A stretch of 64,000 nucleotides of DNA, taken from an uncultured Sphingobacteriaceae bacterium. GTDB taxonomy: Bacteria > Bacteroidota > Bacteroidia > Sphingobacteriales > Sphingobacteriaceae. Below the pieces are notes generated by a model that worked only from the letters and a program-made list of their open reading frames with translations, searched no databases and was not told where the DNA came from. Position numbers and translations under genes: made by a program. How positions within the stretch are numbered: position 1 is the first letter of the stretch; every line of letters starts with the position of its first letter. Below, piece by piece: positions 20,250-28,752 of the stretch. The DNA lies in assembly GCA_964643235.1 (NCBI GenBank), contig CAZXSL010000001.1, positions 209 to 64,208 on the forward strand, in the 5' to 3' direction.

Positions 20250-21230
20250 ATGAGTACGAACAGAGGACCTATTTCGCAGTTTATCGAGAAAAATTACCTG
20301 CATTTTAACGCGGCCGCCTTGATGGATGCGGCTAAAGGCTACGAAGCGCACCTGGATGCTGGAGGGAAAATGATGATCACGTTGGCTGGAGCCATGAGTA
20401 CGGCCGAGCTGGGCATTTCCCTGGCCGAAATGATTCGCCAGGATAAGGTGTCGATCATTAGTTGTACGGGAGCCAACCTCGAAGAAGATATTATGAACTT
20501 GGTGGCGCATTCGCACTACAAGCGCGTGCCTAACTATCGCGACCTAAGCCCCCAGGACGAGTGGGAATTGCTCGAAAATCACTACAACCGGGTAACGGAT
20601 ACCTGTATTCCCGAGGAAGAAGCATTTAGGCGTTTGCAAAAGCATATCCACAAGATCTGGAAAGATGCTCAGGATGCCGGCGAGCGTTACTTTCCGCATG
20701 AGTACATGTACAAAATGCTGAATAGCGGCGTGTTGGAACAATACTATGAGATCGATCCCAAGAACTCGTGGATGCTCGCGGCGGCAGAGAAAAACCTGCC
20801 TATCGTGGTGCCTGGGTGGGAAGATAGTACGATGGGCAACATCTTTGCCTCGTATGTGATTAAAGGCGAACTGCAAGCCTCGACGATGAAGAGCGGCATC
20901 GAATACATGGCTTACCTGTCGGATTGGTACATCAAGAATTCGGGAGGCAAAGGTGTTGGATTCTTTCAAATCGGCGGTGGCATCGCTGGGGATTTTCCGA
21001 TTTGTGTGGTGCCCATGCTCTACCAAGACTTGGAAATGGAAAACATTCCGTTTTGGAGCTATTTTTGTCAAATTTCAGATTCCACGACTTCTTACGGATC
21101 ATACTCCGGTGCGGTTCCCAACGAGAAAATCACGTGGGGGAAATTGGACATCAATACACCGAAATTTATCGTTGAATCAGATGCGACCATTGTGGCTCCA
21201 CTGATTTTTGCGTGGCTATTGAAACAATAA
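20250..21230 (+). CDS. Deoxyhypusine synthase-family protein (homospermidine synthase-like)
   Basis: ITLAGAMSTAELG..IISCTGANLEEDI..FQIGGGIAGDFP, a bacterial DHS-like pattern. Confidence 0.82.
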   Translation: MSTNRGPISQFIEKNYLHFNAAALMDAAKGYEAHLDAGGKMMITLAGAMSTAELGISLAEMIRQDKVSIISCTGANLEEDIMNLVAHSHYKRVPNYRDLSPQDEWELLENHYNRVTDTCIPEEEAFRRLQKHIHKIWKDAQDAGERYFPHEYMYKMLNSGVLEQYYEIDPKNSWMLAAAEKNLPIVVPGWEDSTMGNIFASYVIKGELQASTMKSGIEYMAYLSDWYIKNSGGKGVGFFQIGGGIAGDFPICVVPMLYQDLEMENIPFWSYFCQISDSTTSYGSYSGAVPNEKITWGKLDINTPKFIVESDATIVAPLIFAWLLKQ

Positions 21231-21258
21231 CTTCATATCAGGAACTAAATCTTCAACA

Positions 21259-21834
21259 GTGAAGTCGGTTTTGCATACTACGGACCCTATCGCGCTACGC
21301 TACTTGATGACGGAAACGTTGTTTGCGATCGAGGACGGCGATGTGCCTACAGCCGCCGAACTTCAGGATGACACGGTGGTAGCTGTAATTCCAGCGGATA
21401 GACCGGGCGAAGCAGAAGAACGGGCGCCCGTGGTAAGGACGGCGCCCGTATTCTCTTTCTTGGGCAAGAACAAACAAGGCTATCTGTTCGTGACGCATGA
21501 CCCGCAATCGGATTACATGTCGGCTCCGGCGATGGAGGCCTTCACGAAAACGCTGGCCGCCCGGAATTTGGCACAGGCCGATGTTGCCGTGTTCAATCTA
21601 GCGCAGCACGGAGAGCAAGTAGTTATCTCGGACTTGGTTTCATTTTTCAAGCCGCGTGCAGTCATCTTGCTGGGACCCACCGCCCCGATGCTGGGCATAC
21701 CCGCCCTTGCGTTCAATACCGTTGGGGCGGTCGGCGATGTCGCGGTTTTCCAGACTTATTCGTTTGACGTGTTGATCCAAGACGCTGAGAAGAAAAGTAC
21801 GTTTTGGCCTGTATTAAAATCACTCTTGGTATGA
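21259..21834 (+). CDS. Hypothetical protein, uracil-DNA-glycosylase-fold-like with degenerate motifs
   Basis: GTG 21259 (alternative ATG 21307). YLFVTHDPQ..AMEAFTKTLAARNL..DVAVFNL..KPRAVILLGPTA..VFQTYSFDVL..KKSTFWPVLK parallels the family-4 UDG layout. Stop overlaps the rdgB start (ATGA). Confidence 0.5.
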   Translation: MKSVLHTTDPIALRYLMTETLFAIEDGDVPTAAELQDDTVVAVIPADRPGEAEERAPVVRTAPVFSFLGKNKQGYLFVTHDPQSDYMSAPAMEAFTKTLAARNLAQADVAVFNLAQHGEQVVISDLVSFFKPRAVILLGPTAPMLGIPALAFNTVGAVGDVAVFQTYSFDVLIQDAEKKSTFWPVLKSLLV

Positions 21835-22412
21835 TGGATTTGGTTTTTGCGACAAACAACGCGCATAAATTAGCGGAAGTGCAGTCTATCGTGGGCGATC
21901 GCTTTCGGATTCGTAGTCTAGCCGAGATTGGTTGCGACGCCGATATTCCCGAGACTGGTGACACGTTTGAAGAAAACGCCGCACAAAAAACCGAGTACAT
22001 CATCACTCATTTTGGCGACGATTGTTTTGGCGACGATTCGGGGTTGGAAGTCATAGCCTTGGGGAATGAGCCAGGCATTCGTTCGGCGCGGTATGCCGAC
22101 ACGCGGGATATGGAACGCAACATCGATTTGCTGCTGCATAAGCTGGGCAATCATCCGGATAGAAGGGCGCGGTTTCGTACGGTCATATCCTTGCGCATTG
22201 GTAGCCAGCATCACTTTTTTGATGGTACCATCGAAGGGTCGATCGGATATGAGCGAAAAGGCACCGGCGGTTTCGGCTATGATCCCATATTCACCCCAAT
22301 AGGCGCCGATCGGACATTCGCCGAGATGACCGCCGAAGAGAAGAACGCCATCAGCCACCGGGCTATTGCCACGCATAAATTAGCGGCGTTTTTAAGAGAA
22401 TTTGCCGTGTAA
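21831..22412 (+). CDS. rdgB: Non-canonical purine NTP pyrophosphatase RdgB/HAM1
   Basis: LVFATNNAHKLAEV..ETGDTFEENA..DDSGLEV..PGIRSARY..GTGGFGYDPIF..ISHRA. Confidence 0.92.
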   Translation: MMDLVFATNNAHKLAEVQSIVGDRFRIRSLAEIGCDADIPETGDTFEENAAQKTEYIITHFGDDCFGDDSGLEVIALGNEPGIRSARYADTRDMERNIDLLLHKLGNHPDRRARFRTVISLRIGSQHHFFDGTIEGSIGYERKGTGGFGYDPIFTPIGADRTFAEMTAEEKNAISHRAIATHKLAAFLREFAV

Positions 22413-22636
22413 GGAGGTGCTTGGCGGCAACTAGCCCTCGTTTTGCCGCAGCGGCACACGAAGGTTTATCTTCCCCCTACTTCGGTGCGGTCACCGGGTA
22501 GATTCGCTAATCGGCACGTATTCACCCGGTCGGTTGACGGAATGCAAACTGGCGGTCAGGTGAAAGTCTGTGCACACTATTTTGCTTGTTTGCAATCGTT
22601 TCGTGCCTTAGTTGAAAGAAACTAACTGATAACCAG

Positions 22637-23296
22637 ATGAAACCGACGCTGCTTTTCCTGTTTTTCCCAATTTTAACGTTTGGTCAGGATCCCCGCGGCT
22701 TGGAGGACAAACGCACACCCTTTCCGGATGGATATTCGATGGGATTCCCTGTTCCCGAGTTGAACGTGTCCGGTCTCCGTGTAGGATTGTCGATGGATTC
22801 CGTTGTGCGAAAGGATACGGCCAACTTCATGATTAATTGCGGGTGTGGCGGGAAGCGTGCCGAACCGCAGGTTTTTGTGAACGGCAAGGAAATGCTTCCG
22901 ACCATAATTTCGGGATTGGACGTGCAACATATTGTCAAAATTTCAGTAGAAAAGGAAGGTGACTATGCCGATCAAGGCGCGATTTTTATAGAAAGCAGAC
23001 AACGGATCAAGGGAAGGGATTTTCATTCATTAGCTACTTATCTGAAGTCGCAGTTCCGCGATTACGACAAACGCCAGGTGGCTACATACATCATCAACGG
23101 CACGGTATATTCCAATCCAGAAATCCTTTTGCACAAGGAAAATGACCGTGTGGTGTTCGTGAGCGTCTCCTACGGACAGGAGGATGGGCATGTTGTCGGA
23201 GATACGCAAAATAAAAATACCTATACCATTACTACCCAAACAGCCAAAGGCAATACGTCGGGTGGGGCCGGTGCGCATGCCGCAGCCGCACTCTAA
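22637..23296 (+). CDS. Secreted hypothetical protein
   Basis: Signal peptide MKPTLLFLFFPILTFGQ; two weakly plug-like modules; Gly/Ala-rich tail. Confidence 0.5.
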   Translation: MKPTLLFLFFPILTFGQDPRGLEDKRTPFPDGYSMGFPVPELNVSGLRVGLSMDSVVRKDTANFMINCGCGGKRAEPQVFVNGKEMLPTIISGLDVQHIVKISVEKEGDYADQGAIFIESRQRIKGRDFHSLATYLKSQFRDYDKRQVATYIINGTVYSNPEILLHKENDRVVFVSVSYGQEDGHVVGDTQNKNTYTITTQTAKGNTSGGAGAHAAAAL

Positions 23297-23364
23297 CCCA
23301 AATCAAAACTTTATCGTTTCCGCACTTTTCCGATTAAAGGTATATTTGGAAAAAATCTAACGGT

Positions 23365-23784
23365 ATGAAAAGGCTATTTTCTGTCTCCAACCCGAAGTGG
23401 GCGATTAATTTCGCAGCGCTTGCACTCCGTCTGGGCTTGGGAATACTGATGATACCGACCTACGGATATGGCAAGCTGGTCAATTTTGGTGAAAAAAAAG
23501 GTGATTTCTACAACTTTGTTGGGATAGGTAGCGAGCTGTCGATGGGTTTGGCGATTTTTGCCGAGCTGGTATGTTCCATGCTGATTATCGTCGGCCTCTT
23601 TACCCGGTTGGCCACCATTCCCTTGATGATAACCATGTTGGTGGTTATCTCTATCCACGACTGGCAGCTGTTTGACAAGCACGAACTCGCACCCGCATTT
23701 CTGACCGGCTACACGGCAATCTTATTATTAGGCCCAGGAAAATTCAGCTTTGACGCGTTGATTCAGAAGGGGCGCAGACGCTAA
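23365..23784 (+). CDS. DoxX-family membrane protein
   Basis: Four TMs; LRLGLGILMIPTYGYGKL..HDW pattern typical of DoxX. Confidence 0.82.
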   Translation: MKRLFSVSNPKWAINFAALALRLGLGILMIPTYGYGKLVNFGEKKGDFYNFVGIGSELSMGLAIFAELVCSMLIIVGLFTRLATIPLMITMLVVISIHDWQLFDKHELAPAFLTGYTAILLLGPGKFSFDALIQKGRRR

Positions 23785-26409
23785 GCGAACGAACCTAGTC
23801 CACCTGTCATCCATCGGATTTTGCGGTAGTAGTGGTGGCGGGGACGATGGGTGCGATCGGCGCGAGGTGCCGTTTGAAGCGCGCCCTTGCCGGTTTAACT
23901 GTTCGCCGATTGTGATGGAATCCGGCGGGGCGGGTATGGTGTCTCTACGAAGGGTGTCCATCACCGGTTTAACCGATTCCGGTAGACCAATGCTGTCGCG
24001 GTGCGTTTCAGTTAAGATACCGTCTGGGGGGAGTACTTGGAGCGTATCTGCTGCTATTGCGCCAGTTTCCTGAGCAGGGTGCAATGGTGCGGGTATGTCC
24101 TCCGAATCGCCAGTCTCCTCGGCAGGGTCATTTCCCGTGGATACGGCGGTAGTGTCTGTCGGAACCGCTGTCGTACCGATTTCCCGTTTTCGGGCTAAGA
24201 GGTCTTCCTTGGACCTGGGTCGATCGCCCGGCTTCCAGACAAACCCGGAGAGTATTTCGGCTTCCTGTGTCACCAAATGCAGCGGCGAAAATTTACCTTC
24301 GATGGCACGAATAGGGATAAACTGCGTGATTTCGTTATTTTCCACCAAGAGCTTGATTCGGCTGCTACGACTGTGGTACATGTCTTGGTATCGAATGTTG
24401 TTATCGTCGCGGGTGTAATATATGCTTTCGGCATTTCCGTCTACAAATAGGCGCTCCAGCTCATTATTTGCAAAAAAACCCGTTATTTTTCGTCCCTTAA
24501 TTTGGTTGAATTTCGTGGAATCATGTTCGGTGTTGACGAGGAAGGCATTTCCGAGTAACAGCAAATTGTCGAGCGATTCATTGACAATTTGCATGTACAT
24601 TGTGTCTGACGACATTTGGGAGCCCTGCGCCCAGACCATTGGGCTGCCGAAAAATCGCATCATGGAGTCGGGGTAGCCGTAATAGGCAGAGTCGGCGACG
24701 GCCTGCAAATCGGATTTGAAGAGCCGGACGTTGCGGTAGGCTTTGATAATGCGCGTGGTAGTGGTCGTGTCCGGTGCTAGGGAGTCCGTTATGAGCGAGT
24801 CTACTGGTATGCGCTGCGTGGCTTCCACCGCTTTGGCTAGCAGGCTGTCAGCCTCGCCACCCGTAGGGATGGTGGCCTCAGCGCGCAAGATACTGTCGGC
24901 AGCGAGGTTGCGTTCCAATATTTCCCGACCGGCGGAGAGGGGCACCGTTTGTGCGCGCCTGGATAGCGCCTCTGCGACGATACTATCTTTAAGGGCGGCT
25001 CGTTCTTCTTGCGACACGTTTACCGAATCCTTTATGACGTCGAGGCTGATATCCAGGGGCACGGTGTCACCGGGCGGGCCATCCGACCGGAGGGAGTCCG
25101 CAGGCGCTGTGCCGAGGCTATCCTGGGGAACACCATCATCGAACCCTTCGCGGAGAAGCGTTTCATCTCCCTGCATGCCCTCGTCTTCGAAGTCTCCAAA
25201 ATCGAGTCCATCATCAAATTCACCGCCGTCGCGGTCTAGATTGAAATTCATGGGCAGGTAATCCTTGAGCAGGATAAGTTGGGAAAAAAGCGTATCCGCC
25301 GTCATGTAAATCGAATCGGTACGCGCGGTTTCGGGAGCTGGCCCCTCGGCAAGCGAATCAGCCGACAATGAGTCAGCCGTTAGTGAATCGGGGGGCACGG
25401 GCGGTGTCGCCAATAGGGAATCGGGAACCCGTACGAGGTCAGCTGGGCCAGACATTGAATCTTGGGCAAGGCTGTCGGAAGGAGCTTGTTGGTCTCGGGT
25501 GACGGTGATGACGAGCGGATTTTGCGTCATCGTAATGGATTCGTGGGCTTTATTATACAGGCCAAGACCACCGGACATGTAGAAGACGTCCGCCGTATCA
25601 ATAAACAGCACGTTATGGACGGCCCGACCGTTGCCCGAGTCACCGTCATAGTACAGGCTATCACCGGTCAGAAATCGGGATCCCTCGGTGTAGAGGTTGT
25701 TTTTTCCGAACCGAGCATGCTCGGTGACGGTATTATATTCCCCGCTTTCCGTATAGAGATTTTGTTCTTCTTCCCCCTTAATATTCGTTGGGCCATAGAA
25801 ATACACCATTTTGGTTGCGGTGTTGTACCGCATGGTATCGGTGTAAATCTGTGTGTTAGGTGTTCGGACGATTACATTATGCCGAAAGTAAGCGTCTTGC
25901 GTATTATCGAAATAATAGGCGTTTTGGCTGGTGATTGTGTCCGTTTCGTTCACAATTCGGCCCCCTCCCGTATACGTGCCGACACCACCCCGCATATTGT
26001 ATGTGAGGTAGTTGGTCGTTAATACGGACTGCGCGTCAATCATTCGCACATTATTGGTGAGGATGGCCACCTGTGTGTCTTCGGTGTAGTGGAGCTTGTC
26101 AGCGTATATAACCGTGCCGTTAGGCTGGGTGATGATCACACGTCCGAAACCCTCGAAAAACGTGCGTTGCGTCGTGTCTTGATAAATGTAGCCGCTATCG
26201 GCGGAAAGCGTGGAACCCTTATGTTGATATACCGGGCGGTAGTTAATCATGCGGTTTTGTGCTTGTTGGATGCGACTCCCCGCGGAGGAAATCATAATCA
26301 GCTTGTCGTCCTGCCCGTATGCCCACGAGAGGAAGAGAAGAGGCGCAAGCAACAACAGGCAACACTTTTTCACGGTGACAAAAATAGCATTTTTGGGGAT
26401 GCTAGCCAC
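23728..26409 (-). CDS. OstA/LptA-like repeat protein with acidic low-complexity linker
   Basis: Signal peptide. N-terminal repeated OstA-like beta-jellyroll pattern (ADKLHYTEDTQVAILTNNVRM.., TDTMRYNTATKMVYFYG..), a central DS[LI]-rich acidic region, and a second OstA-like-looking region. 893 aa. Confidence 0.72.
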   Translation of the reverse strand: MASIPKNAIFVTVKKCCLLLLAPLLFLSWAYGQDDKLIMISSAGSRIQQAQNRMINYRPVYQHKGSTLSADSGYIYQDTTQRTFFEGFGRVIITQPNGTVIYADKLHYTEDTQVAILTNNVRMIDAQSVLTTNYLTYNMRGGVGTYTGGGRIVNETDTITSQNAYYFDNTQDAYFRHNVIVRTPNTQIYTDTMRYNTATKMVYFYGPTNIKGEEEQNLYTESGEYNTVTEHARFGKNNLYTEGSRFLTGDSLYYDGDSGNGRAVHNVLFIDTADVFYMSGGLGLYNKAHESITMTQNPLVITVTRDQQAPSDSLAQDSMSGPADLVRVPDSLLATPPVPPDSLTADSLSADSLAEGPAPETARTDSIYMTADTLFSQLILLKDYLPMNFNLDRDGGEFDDGLDFGDFEDEGMQGDETLLREGFDDGVPQDSLGTAPADSLRSDGPPGDTVPLDISLDVIKDSVNVSQEERAALKDSIVAEALSRRAQTVPLSAGREILERNLAADSILRAEATIPTGGEADSLLAKAVEATQRIPVDSLITDSLAPDTTTTTRIIKAYRNVRLFKSDLQAVADSAYYGYPDSMMRFFGSPMVWAQGSQMSSDTMYMQIVNESLDNLLLLGNAFLVNTEHDSTKFNQIKGRKITGFFANNELERLFVDGNAESIYYTRDDNNIRYQDMYHSRSSRIKLLVENNEITQFIPIRAIEGKFSPLHLVTQEAEILSGFVWKPGDRPRSKEDLLARKREIGTTAVPTDTTAVSTGNDPAEETGDSEDIPAPLHPAQETGAIAADTLQVLPPDGILTETHRDSIGLPESVKPVMDTLRRDTIPAPPDSITIGEQLNRQGRASNGTSRRSHPSSPPPLLPQNPMDDRWTRFVRLASAPLLNQRVKAEFSWA

Positions 26410-26451
26410 AAAAATTAATCCATGTTGGGGTTGGCGCTCGTTAAATATCGT

Positions 26452-26459
26452 TAACTTTG
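26452..26459 (+). promoter_or_regulatory. Candidate -7 box for tilS (leaderless geometry)
   Basis: TAACTTTG followed by 4 nt and ATG 26464. Confidence 0.4.
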
Positions 26460-26463
26460 GGTT

Positions 26464-27804
26464 ATGGTAATCCTAGACCGTTTCGCCGCATTCGTTAAAA
26501 GCGAAGGGCTTTGCCAGCCTCATGACCGTGTTTTGTTGGCGGTCAGTGGCGGTATGGATTCTATGCTCATGCTCCATTTATTTGTCCAGGCGGGATATAC
26601 GCTGGGCGTGGCGCACTGCAATTTTTCCCTGCGGGGCGCCGATTCCGACGCCGATGAGCAGTTGGTGCGCGACGCTGCAGCGCGGCTGGGCTTACCTTTC
26701 CACACACGACGCTTTGAAACTGAAAGCTACGCGGCTACCCATGGCATTTCGATACAAATGGCCGCGCGCGACCTCCGCTATGCTTGGCTGGAAGAGATCC
26801 GCCAGACGGGCGGTTATCGCTTTATCGCTGTAGCCCACCATCTTAACGATAGCTTGGAAACGGCACTGATTAATTGGGTGCGAGGCACCGGCTTGGCTGG
26901 CATGTCGGGAGTTTCTCCCAAGCGGGGATGGATTATCCGTCCGTTGTTGTTCGCTACGCGCGAAGAGGTGGCGGAGGCCGTGGAATGCCTAGCATTGGAT
27001 TACCGTGAAGATGCTTCCAACCGGTCCGTCAAGTATGCCCGCAACAAAATCCGACTGGAGGTGGTGCCGGCACTTAAGGAACTGAATCCGAGTTTGGAGA
27101 AAACCTTTGCGGCGAACGTTTTTTTCTTTTCCGAAAGTCTGGAACTCGTGGAGCGAGAAGCGGAACGGTGCCGTGCCCAACTACTGGAAGAATATGAAGA
27201 CGGGCGTTTTCGGTTAAGCCGACAGGCCATCACTGCGCTCGTTCCGCAACGTTTGTTGCTAACCGAAATGCTGCGACCTTTCGGTTTTGGGGTATCGGCA
27301 GTTAACGATTTGCTGGGAATAGACGAAGACGTGTCTGGAAAGCAAATCGAAACAGATAGTCACGTGCTGTATGTCGATCGAGAATACGTGTTTATCCACC
27401 CACGCTGGAGTGCTTTGCCAGGGGGCGAAGCCGTCATCGCGCACGTCGACGAAGCTGTTCGTTGGGGGAATTACGAATTTGTAGCCACAGAGTCATCGGA
27501 TACGCGCATCGTTGCTGATCCATGTTCCGTCCAGTTTGATGCCGCCTTGCTGCCACTGCCCTTGCGCGTGCGCGGTTGGCGGCACGCCGATACGTTTCGG
27601 CCATTGGGGATGCGGGGGTCAAAAAAATTAAGTGACTATTTTGTGTCGATGAAAATACCCCTGTTCCAGAAAGAGCATATCCCCATCGTTACCACGGCGG
27701 CAGGCGATATCGCATGGGTGGCACCATACCGTATGGACGATCGTTTCAAAATTACCGACAAAACAAAAAAAGTGATAACTTTAACCTGTGTGCACGTCGC
27801 ATAA
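26464..27804 (+). CDS. tilS: tRNA(Ile)-lysidine synthase
   Basis: PP-loop LLAVSGGMDSM; AHHLNDSLET; C-terminal TilS domain (LKKLSDYF-type: SKKLSDYFVSMKIP). Confidence 0.92.
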   Translation: MVILDRFAAFVKSEGLCQPHDRVLLAVSGGMDSMLMLHLFVQAGYTLGVAHCNFSLRGADSDADEQLVRDAAARLGLPFHTRRFETESYAATHGISIQMAARDLRYAWLEEIRQTGGYRFIAVAHHLNDSLETALINWVRGTGLAGMSGVSPKRGWIIRPLLFATREEVAEAVECLALDYREDASNRSVKYARNKIRLEVVPALKELNPSLEKTFAANVFFFSESLELVEREAERCRAQLLEEYEDGRFRLSRQAITALVPQRLLLTEMLRPFGFGVSAVNDLLGIDEDVSGKQIETDSHVLYVDREYVFIHPRWSALPGGEAVIAHVDEAVRWGNYEFVATESSDTRIVADPCSVQFDAALLPLPLRVRGWRHADTFRPLGMRGSKKLSDYFVSMKIPLFQKEHIPIVTTAAGDIAWVAPYRMDDRFKITDKTKKVITLTCVHVA

Positions 27805-27835
27805 CGGAACGGGTGAGGCGAACCAACCTGAAAAA

Positions 27836-28324
27836 ATGAAAGATAATCCCATATTTGTTGAAAACCAGTACATGGGCCGCGATCGGATCTGGTTGAGCGT
27901 CAGGTTGGTGTTGGCGTTGTTCTGCTTTGTTGCGTTCTATATCAATATCGATCGTGAGGTCGATAGTCAGCTTTTTTTCATTGCGGGAGCAGCCATTGTG
28001 GTGGTATCGATTATCATGATGTACATGTTGCACTATCGCATTTTGGTGGCGCCCGGTAGTTTGTTGATCAGTGGTTTGTGGACGTCTCGGTTAGTGAAAG
28101 TCGATCTACACGGCATCGTGTCGGTGGAGCAAAAGCCGTATAGCAAGTTTTTTATCAACAATCCGGTGTATAACCTCCACCAGCGGGGAAAGGTGCGTTT
28201 TTACGCGGGTGGCAAGGACGCGGTCTGGTTGACGGACCGCGACGGGCTGACCTATGTAATCGGCACGCAACGTGCTGCCGAGTTGGAACGGGCAATCCGT
28301 AAAGCCAAAGCCCAAAATTTATAG
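27836..28324 (+). CDS. Hypothetical membrane protein (possible bacterial PH-like domain)
   Basis: Two TMs followed by a roughly 90-aa beta-rich domain; ATG 27836. Confidence 0.5.
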   Translation: MKDNPIFVENQYMGRDRIWLSVRLVLALFCFVAFYINIDREVDSQLFFIAGAAIVVVSIIMMYMLHYRILVAPGSLLISGLWTSRLVKVDLHGIVSVEQKPYSKFFINNPVYNLHQRGKVRFYAGGKDAVWLTDRDGLTYVIGTQRAAELERAIRKAKAQNL

Positions 28325-28383
28325 ACTTGGGTGGGTTTTTGGGAAATGTAATTCGGATGACCGTTTTTATAGCACTTTTTATA

Positions 28384-28391
28384 TAGCTTTG
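28384..28391 (+). promoter_or_regulatory. Candidate -7 box for the DUF4834-recF-DUF721 operon
   Basis: TAGCTTTG, 28 nt upstream of ATG 28420. Confidence 0.45.
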
Positions 28392-28419
28392 TATTTGTCG
28401 TAAACAAGAAATTGTTCGG

Positions 28420-28713
28420 ATGTACACGTTGTTGAAATTTTTATTTGTCGCTATTTTGGTGTTGTGGCTATTGCGGATGGTGGTTCGGTTAGCATTACCC
28501 TATCTCGTGCGCAAAGCATCTGAAAAGATGATGGGGCAGGCGAGGGACCAATTCCAGCAGCAGTACGGCGGGCAAACTCGTCAGGCTCGACACGAAGAAC
28601 GCCGCTCTCCAGACGGTAAAATAACCATCGACTATGTCCCGCCAAAGAACCAACGCTTTAAGGACGGACCTAAAAAGGCGGGCGAATTTGTGGATTACGA
28701 GGAAATCAAGTAA
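28420..28713 (+). CDS. DUF4834-family protein
   Basis: N-terminal TM, basic/Gln-rich middle, C-terminal GEFVDYEEIK tail typical of DUF4834. Confidence 0.7.
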   Translation: MYTLLKFLFVAILVLWLLRMVVRLALPYLVRKASEKMMGQARDQFQQQYGGQTRQARHEERRSPDGKITIDYVPPKNQRFKDGPKKAGEFVDYEEIK

Positions 28714-28752
28714 CGGTGTCGGCGCCAAACCGCGCGGCCCGTATCTATCTGC

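Noticed and set aside
19924-20253. 109-aa ORF upstream of the DHS-like gene.
   Set aside because: It has no motifs, runs through the candidate promoter box and ends at the DHS-like start codon. The region is treated as non-coding.
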